Part shown: positions 57,833 through 64,000 of the stretch, piece after piece
Layout: each line of letters starts with the position of its first letter
How positions within the stretch are numbered: position 1 is the first letter of the stretch
DNA from: Candidatus Neoanaerotignum galli
GTDB taxonomy: Bacteria > Bacillota > Clostridia > Lachnospirales > Anaerotignaceae
Assembly (NCBI GenBank): GCA_904381335.1
Contig: CAJFIN010000002.1
Coordinates: 34,147 to 98,146 of the forward strand
Length of the DNA stretch: 64,000 nt
Direction: 5' to 3'
The notes under the pieces: model-generated
Seen by the model: only the letters and a program-made list of their open reading frames with translations
What the model was told of the DNA's origin: nothing
The model's database searches: none
Translations under genes and position numbers: made by a program

Positions 57833-58735
57833 TTATCCGCGCTCTTTTTCACGCTCTTTTCTGCCTTTCGCATTGAGCAGCAAAACCGCCCCCACAATGA
57901 GCACAATTCCTAATGCCTTAAAGGGATCCATCGCCTCACGGTAAACGAGAACGCCCACCAATGCTGCAACAATAGGCTCTAGGGTGGAAAGAATGGCTGC
58001 CGTTGGCGGATCGATTTGAGAAAGGCCCCGTAAATAGATCAAATATGGCGCCACCGCCGATAAAATCACCCAAAATAGCAGCCACAACACCTCTGGACGG
58101 GCCAGTTTTATGGCAGTATCCACAGGATGCGCAATAAACAGCATGGCCACCGAAGAGATCAAAAACGTGTAAAACGTCACCGTTTCTGAGGAATAAACTG
58201 CCAAAGCCTTTTTGCCCAATACCCCATAAAGGCCAAAGAAAAAGGCCGCAACCAAACCATATACCACACCTAACGTGCTGATCTGTGCCAGCCCGCCGGA
58301 AAAAATACCGCTCACTCCGGCGCATCCCAACAACGTCATCAGCAGCACCACCAATTTCTTTTTGGTGATCTTCTGCCTAAAAGCAATCCGACTTTGGATT
58401 AAGACAAACGCAGGATACGTGTAGAAAAAAGCCCCGGCAGCACTAACGCCCAATTCTGCAATAGAAGCCATATACAGCACATTTTGCACACTATACCCCA
58501 AAATAGCCATGGGCAAAAACAGTTTTAAATCGGACCATTTGCGCAGCTTCAAATGCTGCCGCCCTGTCAGCAGGAATAGCAAAAACAGCACCGCCGTGGA
58601 AAATACGGTTCGCACCAAACCCACTTCCAATGAGCCAAGCCCTAATTTTCCTGCTTCTGTGGCAAAAATACCGGCAAAGCCCCATAACACCGCCGAAAGC
58701 ATGACCAGCGCCCCGGCCTTTTTCTTCGTTTCCAT
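57833..58735 (-). CDS. DMT-superfamily (EamA-like) transporter
   Basis: The 300-aa product has about 10 TM segments arranged as two EamA-like halves. Confidence 0.8.
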   Translation of the reverse strand: METKKKAGALVMLSAVLWGFAGIFATEAGKLGLGSLEVGLVRTVFSTAVLFLLFLLTGRQHLKLRKWSDLKLFLPMAILGYSVQNVLYMASIAELGVSAAGAFFYTYPAFVLIQSRIAFRQKITKKKLVVLLMTLLGCAGVSGIFSGGLAQISTLGVVYGLVAAFFFGLYGVLGKKALAVYSSETVTFYTFLISSVAMLFIAHPVDTAIKLARPEVLWLLFWVILSAVAPYLIYLRGLSQIDPPTAAILSTLEPIVAALVGVLVYREAMDPFKALGIVLIVGAVLLLNAKGRKEREKERG

Positions 58736-59044
58736 GAAAAATAACTCCTTTCTGCCCTGTTCGGCATGTCCATTCTTCTTTCATGGCTTATTATACCGAT
58801 TTGATCCAGCGCTGTAAATGAAAAAAAGAAGTTCCTTTTTTTCTTGTATTTCTCTATTTTTATCGCCATTCTTTGCGTTATTTTTGTCAAAGCCAAACTT
58901 TTTTTCGGTTATAAATGGAAAAAAAGTCAGACTTTCTATGAAAAAAACCGCCTATTTTTCTTTCCAGTTTTCTGATGATCTAATGAAAAATTTTCGTTTC
59001 TTCCTGTTTTTTCGACATAAATAACGAAAATCCGAAAAATAGTA

Positions 59045-59073
59045 TTGACATTTTTTTACAACAGTGATATTGT
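59045..59073 (+). promoter_or_regulatory. Putative abrB promoter (TTGACA-17-TATTGT)
   Basis: The -35 is perfect and the -10 is weak. The promoter lies about 45 nt upstream of the abrB ATG. Confidence 0.4.
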
Positions 59074-59116
59074 TATCCTACTGTTAAAGTTTCCACTAGC
59101 TAAAGGAGGGTAATCA

Positions 59117-59380
59117 ATGAAATCAACTGGCATTGTGAGAAAAGTAGACGAATTAGGACGTGTTGTTTTGCCCATTGAACTGCGGAGAACCTTAAATATC
59201 GAAGTAAAGGATTCCTTGGAGATCTTTGTTGATGATGACAAGATCATTCTCAAAAAATATGAGCCTTCGGATATTTTCACCGGAAGTATGGATAATCTTA
59301 TCGAATTTAACGGCAAAAAAGTATCCGTGGATTCTATCCGGGAGATGGCCCGCATTGCTGGCCTGCACATCACTGACTAA
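59117..59380 (+). CDS. abrB: AbrB-family transition-state regulator
   Basis: The N-terminus MKSTGIVRKVDELGRVVLPIELRRTLNI is the canonical AbrB/SpoVT swapped-hairpin sequence. AAAGGAGGG lies upstream. Confidence 0.9.
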   Translation: MKSTGIVRKVDELGRVVLPIELRRTLNIEVKDSLEIFVDDDKIILKKYEPSDIFTGSMDNLIEFNGKKVSVDSIREMARIAGLHITD

Positions 59381-59493
59381 TCAAAGTACACCAAAAAACG
59401 TAAAACCATACTTTTGCCCCGCTTTTGGCATAGCCCGTTTACCGGAGCTACCGATGTGGGGTTTTTTTCTCCCTAGAACGTCATGGTTTCATC

Positions 59494-59549
59494 AAAAAGC
59501 CCCCATTTGTTCTTCCATATTCCTATGGCAAACAAATGGGGGTTTTCTT
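59494..59549. terminator. Bidirectional terminator between abrB and murI
   Basis: A 12-bp stem CCCCCATTTGTT/AACAAATGGGGG is flanked by A and T runs. Confidence 0.75.
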
Positions 59550-59557
59550 GTATCAGC

Positions 59558-60361
59558 TTAATATTGTTCGATGGCAATTTCTTCTGCTTCGTATACCTGA
59601 CCAATGGCTTTTCGGCAAATCGTTTCAAACATCGCCGTCCGGTCACTGACATAAAAGTGATGCTGCGGCGGCTGATCGCTTTGCCGCAAGGCATTGGCAG
59701 ACGACAACGCCTCTTTCACCCGCAGGATGGTTTCCCTTGCCGGATCAATCAAAGTCACCTTGGGGCCCATCACTTCTCCAATGCAGCGGCGAAGCAATGG
59801 ATAATGGGTGCATCCCATCACAAGCGTATCCACCCCTCGATCCTGCAATTCCCGTAAATAGCGCCGGGCCGTCAAATCGGCCACCTCATCTTCCGTCCAT
59901 CCTTCTTCCGCCAGGGGCACAAATAAAGGACAGGCTTTGGCATACACTTCCTTCACCTCTGGCTCCCGCCGCAGCGCCTGCTGATAAGCGCCGCTTTGGA
60001 TGGTACTGCTGGTGGCAATCACACCCACCTTGCCATTTTTTGTGGCTTTTGCTCCTGCCTTAGCCCCAGGCTCTACCACACCAAAAATCGGTAGTTGAAA
60101 CGCCGCCTGCATCGCTGGCAAACTATTGGCACTGGCAGTATTACAAGCCACAACCACAGCCTTCACATTTTTTGTCAGCAAAAACCGTACATCCTGTAAC
60201 GAAAAACGAGTTACCGTTTCCCTAGATTTGCTCCCGTAAGGCACCCGGGCTGTATCTCCAAAATAGACGATGGCTTCTTCTGGCATCTGGCGCAGGATCT
60301 CCCGAGCCACCGTCAGTCCGCCCACCCCGGAATCAAATACGCCAATGGGCCGTTCATCCAT
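59558..60361 (-). CDS. murI: Glutamate racemase
   Basis: The motifs are FDSGVGGLTV, ACNTAS and GCTHYPLL. Confidence 0.92.
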   Translation of the reverse strand: MDERPIGVFDSGVGGLTVAREILRQMPEEAIVYFGDTARVPYGSKSRETVTRFSLQDVRFLLTKNVKAVVVACNTASANSLPAMQAAFQLPIFGVVEPGAKAGAKATKNGKVGVIATSSTIQSGAYQQALRREPEVKEVYAKACPLFVPLAEEGWTEDEVADLTARRYLRELQDRGVDTLVMGCTHYPLLRRCIGEVMGPKVTLIDPARETILRVKEALSSANALRQSDQPPQHHFYVSDRTAMFETICRKAIGQVYEAEEIAIEQY

Positions 60362-61436
60362 GATAGTGCCCCATCCTTTGTGCCTCCTGCATCGCTAATT
60401 CAATCAAACGGTCAATCAAATCGGGCAGCGCCAATCCCCGTTCTTCCCAAAGCTTAGGATACATACTGATAGAAGTAAAGCCCGGCATGGTATTCAGCTC
60501 ATTAAAGATGACCTGATTCGTCCCTTCTTCCACAAAGAAATCTACCCTTGCCAAACCACAGCCATCTACACTTTCAAAGACTTTCACTGCCAACCGGCGA
60601 ATGGTCTTGACCGTCTCTTCCGGCAGATCTGCAGGAATCACAGTACGGCTGTTTTCATCTTCATATTTGGAATGATAATCATAAAACTTCCCTGCACTGA
60701 GGATCTCTCCAACACCGCTGGCCTCTGCCTTGGTATGATCTCCCAGCACCGCACATTCTACCTCGCGGCCTCGAATCTCTCGTTCCACCAGGATTTTCCA
60801 GTCTTCTTTGGCCGCCACTTCCAGTGCCTGCTCCAGTTGCTGCCGGTCTGCTGCTCGGCTCACCCCCACAGAAGACCCTGCATTTGCCGGTTTCACAAAG
60901 ACAGGATACCCTAACTTCCGCTCAATTTGACGAAGTATCTGTGGCTTTGCTCGATCCTTGCTTTGCAGCGCCACATATGCCGCCTGGGGAATCCGGGCAT
61001 GCTTTGCAATGATCTTGGTAAAGGTCTTATCCATGGATACAGCGGAAGATAGCACCCCACAGCCCACATACGGAATCTTGGCCAACTCCAACAACCCTTG
61101 TATGGTACCATCCTCTCCGTAAAGCCCATGCAGCACCGGAAACGCCACATCAATGGGAATCTCCTTTACTTTTCCTCCCACCAGACGTAAGATTCCTTTT
61201 TGAGAAGCATCTGGACTTAGCACCGCCGGTGTGCCAAAAGTCTCCCATTCTCCAGTAGAAATCTTTTCCACCGGGCCATTATAAATCATCCATTGCCCCG
61301 CCTTAGTGATTCCCACAGGAATGATATAATATTTTTCCGGATCCATATTGGAAAGGATGGTCGTTGCCGACATCCTGCTAACTTCATGCTCTGACGACTG
61401 TCCTCCAAAGAGAACGGCCACCGTTAATTTACTCAC
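60354..61436 (-). CDS. ddl: D-alanine--D-alanine ligase
   Basis: The N-terminus reads VAVLFGGQSSEHEVS, with ATP-grasp motifs and C-terminal EVNTMPGFT-like NELNTMPGFT. The start is GTG. Confidence 0.93.
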   Translation of the reverse strand: MSKLTVAVLFGGQSSEHEVSRMSATTILSNMDPEKYYIIPVGITKAGQWMIYNGPVEKISTGEWETFGTPAVLSPDASQKGILRLVGGKVKEIPIDVAFPVLHGLYGEDGTIQGLLELAKIPYVGCGVLSSAVSMDKTFTKIIAKHARIPQAAYVALQSKDRAKPQILRQIERKLGYPVFVKPANAGSSVGVSRAADRQQLEQALEVAAKEDWKILVEREIRGREVECAVLGDHTKAEASGVGEILSAGKFYDYHSKYEDENSRTVIPADLPEETVKTIRRLAVKVFESVDGCGLARVDFFVEEGTNQVIFNELNTMPGFTSISMYPKLWEERGLALPDLIDRLIELAMQEAQRMGHYHG

Positions 61437-61480
61437 TTTGCGTCCCTCATTTCTTTGGCATAAAAACCGGTAACGCTTTT

Positions 61481-61509
61481 ATTATATGCCTTCCCCCCTC
61501 GCTTGACAA
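61481..61509 (-). promoter_or_regulatory. Putative sigma-A promoter of ddl-murI (TTGTCA-17-TATAAT)
   Basis: The minus-strand hexamers were read directly and have a 17-nt spacer. Confidence 0.5.
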
Positions 61510-61565
61510 CAAGAAAATATCGAAAAAGGGGATTTTCTCCCCACCCCCATCTTTGTCTGCATCGC

Positions 61566-61592
61566 CAAAAAAAGCGGCCATGTTTTGCCGCC
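61566..61592 (-). terminator. Hairpin after the sleB-like gene
   Basis: The stem GCGGC/GCCGC is followed by a T-run on the minus strand. Confidence 0.55.
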
Positions 61593-61607
61593 AAAATGCC
61601 CCTTTGA

Positions 61608-62177
61608 TTATCGGTACCCAAACACATGACGCCCAATCTGGCCTGTGATGGTCACTTGCCAGATCCAGGGACTGGTAGCCGTTTGCGGATTCCAATAATA
61701 TAAGGCTCCACCAGTGGGATCCCAGCCGTCTAACGCTGCTTCCGCCGCCAAAAATGCCGTTTCATTGGGCACTAGGTCAAACTGTCCGTCTGCTACCGCG
61801 TCAAAGGCTCCCTCTTGAAAGATCACCCCTTCAATGGTATCAGGAAAGTCAGGGCTTTTCACGCGGTTTAAAACCACCGCTCCAATGGCCACTTGGCCTT
61901 CAAAAGGTTCTCCACGGCCTTCTCCATAAATCAGCCTGGCCAGAAGCAATGTATCATTTAACGTGGTTAAAGAGGGAATTCCCAATGCTTCCAGTGTGGC
62001 ACTTCCGGCAATGCCATCGCTGGAAAGCCCATTGGTCTGCTGAAAAAAACGAACTGCATCTGCCGTCTCACTGCCATAAATGCCATCTACCTCTCCCTCA
62101 TAATATCCCCACTGCTTTAGTCTCCGCTGAATCTCTCGGACGGCAATGCCCTCCGAGCCAATGGAATATATGGACAT
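61608..62177 (-). CDS. SleB-like cell-wall hydrolase (PG_binding_1 plus Hydrolase_2), no signal peptide
   Basis: The peptidoglycan-binding repeat is VREIQRRLKQWGYYEGEVDGIYGSETADAVRFFQ. The SleB/CwlJ catalytic domain follows (LLARLIYGEGRGEP...AVVLNRV). Confidence 0.8.
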   Translation of the reverse strand: MSIYSIGSEGIAVREIQRRLKQWGYYEGEVDGIYGSETADAVRFFQQTNGLSSDGIAGSATLEALGIPSLTTLNDTLLLARLIYGEGRGEPFEGQVAIGAVVLNRVKSPDFPDTIEGVIFQEGAFDAVADGQFDLVPNETAFLAAEAALDGWDPTGGALYYWNPQTATSPWIWQVTITGQIGRHVFGYR

Positions 62178-62209
62178 AACGCCTCCCCCGGCCCCTGTCT
62201 GCCTTTATC

Positions 62210-62851
62210 TTACCGGCCGGCCCATTGTTCCTGCCACCAGTCCACAATTTTTAGCCGAAAAACGGCGGGGCCGCTTTTGTCTGTTATCATACTATATTCT
62301 CCCTGGGATAAAAGATGCGCCAATTCTTCTTCAGACAAAACTTCCTGCCCTTCTTCTGTCCGACATAAAGGCGGATATAACACACACCAAAAATTTTCTC
62401 CCTCTGCTTTCCCCAACTTCACTGTCACTGCATCATATGGTCCTGCCGGCAGTGTCACATTGCCATACGTTTTAAGCGGAAAATCCTGCACACCCACATC
62501 AATGGACGCACCATAGCTCACCGCTGTCTTTTGCAGTACCTCCAAAGCTGTTTGCTGCAAAAGGCCCGTTTCCTGCTCCACCTGTCGGATCATTTCTTCT
62601 TTTCCACTACATTCTTTTTCTATGGCCTTTAGCTGAAGCAACAGGGCATCCCGCACTTGACGCTTGACTTGCTGATCGTAAGAGGAATTACTGTTGGCCA
62701 CCACATGAAACCTCAATACTTTTTGTGCAATCGCCTCTTGGGTCTGCTGGGCGTACCCCGCTGTAGAGGCAGCGCCAAAAAAGAAACAAAGCCCCATCCC
62801 TGCCAGTACGCTCACTACTACCCGTTTGATCCATTGTGCTGTTTGTGTCAT
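62210..62851 (-). CDS. spoIIR: Stage II sporulation protein R
   Basis: The product has a signal/anchor followed by the RFHVVANSNSSYDQQVKRQVRDALL pattern typical of SpoIIR. The start overlaps the gerC stop as ATGA. Confidence 0.8.
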   Translation of the reverse strand: MTQTAQWIKRVVVSVLAGMGLCFFFGAASTAGYAQQTQEAIAQKVLRFHVVANSNSSYDQQVKRQVRDALLLQLKAIEKECSGKEEMIRQVEQETGLLQQTALEVLQKTAVSYGASIDVGVQDFPLKTYGNVTLPAGPYDAVTVKLGKAEGENFWCVLYPPLCRTEEGQEVLSEEELAHLLSQGEYSMITDKSGPAVFRLKIVDWWQEQWAGR

Positions 62852-63849
62852 TCTTTCCTCACCTCATAGGCAGTATAGCCCTCCGGCGAAACTGCCATAC
62901 CTGTCGAGGTGAATCTTAGGTCTATTTTTATTTCGATTTTTTTCCCTTTTACTTCCTCCATCCCTAAATTTTGCAATGCGGTAAGCCCTTGCTGCACTTG
63001 ATCGGTCAGTTCTGTTTCCATCGCCGTTAAAAAAGACCGTTCCGCAAGGGGATCGGCAAAGTTTCTCTCCTGGGCCTCTTCCACCTGTCCTTCCGCTTGG
63101 ATCCGAAAAATCCATCCGTCCTGAGTTTCTTCTGCCGTGCATTGCCGGCCAGTAATCCGTACTGCTCCCACCGAACTAGACAACACCCGGCCCCCGCCCC
63201 GTTTGCCGCACCAAGTCAGGCCCGCGGTCTCCTCTGCGGTTAAATAGCCCAAAAGCCCATCTTTGCCTGCTGCTGCTGCTCCCGCCAACATCACGCCATC
63301 TTCTCCTGCCTGTGCTAAAGGCAGCACTAAGCTCTCCCCTCCCGTCATCGCCTTTTCCCAATCCTTCAAATAAACGGGAAAGGTGGTCTCCCAATCCCCC
63401 TGATTATTTTCGTAAAAGGAGTAAATATCCCCTGTATTTCCCGCTGCTACTGCCTCCAGCACTTCCCGTGCCGATCCCGGAGAGGCAGTAACATACGTCT
63501 TAAGAGAAAAAGTACCATCCCGCAAAAAAACTTCCGCCGCCTGCTGCCATGACTCCCGCTGCGCCATCAGTCCCTGTCCCAAAACCAGCGTGCGGGTATG
63601 TCCATAATCCACCGTCTTACTCTGGCGCGTGTCAGGATCTGCTAAAGCTGCCACCAAATTTTCACCCTCCCCGTGACGCAAAAACAGGTCCCCTGCAGCA
63701 TCACCAATGGCCAACGTCACCTGATATCCTTTCTCTGACCAATCCAGCCCCACTAGCTGCACAAAATCCCGTTCATCCAGCTCCCGGGCGTCATAGCAGC
63801 CCGTCAGCATCAACGCTATCCCCAGAGCAACTGCGATCATGCGTTTCAT
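62848..63849 (-). CDS. Ger(x)C-family spore germination lipoprotein
   Basis: The lipobox LMLTGC is followed by YDARELDERDFVQLVGLD. GGGAGG lies upstream of the ATG at 63849. Confidence 0.7.
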   Translation of the reverse strand: MKRMIAVALGIALMLTGCYDARELDERDFVQLVGLDWSEKGYQVTLAIGDAAGDLFLRHGEGENLVAALADPDTRQSKTVDYGHTRTLVLGQGLMAQRESWQQAAEVFLRDGTFSLKTYVTASPGSAREVLEAVAAGNTGDIYSFYENNQGDWETTFPVYLKDWEKAMTGGESLVLPLAQAGEDGVMLAGAAAAGKDGLLGYLTAEETAGLTWCGKRGGGRVLSSSVGAVRITGRQCTAEETQDGWIFRIQAEGQVEEAQERNFADPLAERSFLTAMETELTDQVQQGLTALQNLGMEEVKGKKIEIKIDLRFTSTGMAVSPEGYTAYEVRKE

Positions 63850-64000
63850 CGCTGCCTCCCTTTCGTTTCGTTTTCCAATAGCAATACCCAATCAAGGCAT
63901 AGCAAAGCCCATTGGCTGCCGATAATGCCACCAAGACTTTTACGATAATGGCTTGGCTTGTCATCATGGCAGCGCCAGATCCCATCAAGAGCAGAAAAAA
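63791..64000 (-). CDS. C-terminal end of a polytopic membrane protein, probably the Ger(x)B-type germinant permease (5' end outside window)
   Basis: The frame is open to the window edge. The hydrophobic sequence FFLLLMGSGAAMMTSQAIIVKVLVALSAANGLCYALIGYCYW is followed by a basic KTKRK tail. This frame overlaps the gerC start by 59 nt. Confidence 0.4.
   Translation of the reverse strand, partial: FFLLLMGSGAAMMTSQAIIVKVLVALSAANGLCYALIGYCYWKTKRKGGSDETHDRSCSGDSVDADGLL

Noticed and set aside
58818-59024. 68-aa ORF (MKKRSSFFSCISLF...) in the abrB upstream region
   Set aside because: It has no Shine-Dalgarno sequence, and its Phe/Lys-rich translation simply reflects A/T homopolymer tracts. I treat the region as regulatory DNA.
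1-64000. Whole-window search for CRISPR repeats, IS elements, restriction-modification, toxin-antitoxin or other defence modules
   Set aside because: I saw no regularly spaced direct repeats, and no transposase, integrase, methyltransferase-nuclease pair or small paired ORFs. Every sizeable ORF is accounted for by a housekeeping, transport, regulatory or sporulation function.

Overview
This 64-kb window looks like a chromosomal core segment of a spore-forming Firmicute, probably Clostridia-like, with GC near 50% by eye. The sporulation assignment rests on spmA/spmB, spoIIR, a Ger(x)C lipoprotein, a SleB-like hydrolase and abrB. I call 61 protein-coding genes (the first and last are cut by the window edges) and one tRNA-Arg(CCG). 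All family calls come from reading the translated ORFs and their motifs; no database search was run.

Main blocks, in order:
- 1-10.4 kb: two ABC half-transporters behind a TetR gene, brnQ, a FUSC-like protein, a UPF0104 membrane protein and pdxK.
- 10.4-15 kb: an HD hydrolase, a PhoR/PhoP-like two-component system and a Na/Pi cotransporter.
- 15.2-27.1 kb: map, then a complete streptococcal/clostridial-type fatty-acid cluster (fabH-acpP-fabK-fabD-fabG-fabF-accB-fabZ-accC-accD-accA) with a second, divergent FabK/NMO paralog.
- 27.4-32.2 kb: a sensor kinase, a REC-TPR response regulator and a large secreted SGNH protein.
- 32.3-35.5 kb: amidohydrolase-queH-CoA-disulfide-reductase/rhodanese.
- 35.8-49.3 kb, all on the minus strand: M16 and M48-like peptidases, a LysM protein, rho, rpmE, DUF1385, prmC, prfA, a chrA pair and glgP.
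- 49.7-64 kb: reverse rubrerythrin and ferritin, tRNA-Arg, spmAB, a four-subunit 2-oxoacid:ferredoxin oxidoreductase with a divergent IclR regulator, abrB, murI-ddl and the spore genes.

I found no CRISPR array, transposase, integrase, restriction or defence gene, toxin-antitoxin pair or biosynthetic-cluster hallmark. I cannot point to a convincing new multi-gene system.

The best leads are regulatory or architectural:
- Twin 17-bp palindromes sit behind two divergent consensus promoters between the kor operon and iclR.
- A Pho-box-like TTTACA array lies upstream of the Na/Pi transporter.
- A PerR-like box overlaps the rubrerythrin promoter.
- The REC-TPR two-component system next to the fab cluster has no DNA-binding output.
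- A 675-aa secreted protein carries an unassigned 430-aa N-terminal region.
- A highly charged repeat/LysM membrane protein is encoded directly upstream of rho.
- Three 230-300 bp terminator-bounded noncoding gaps are unexplained.
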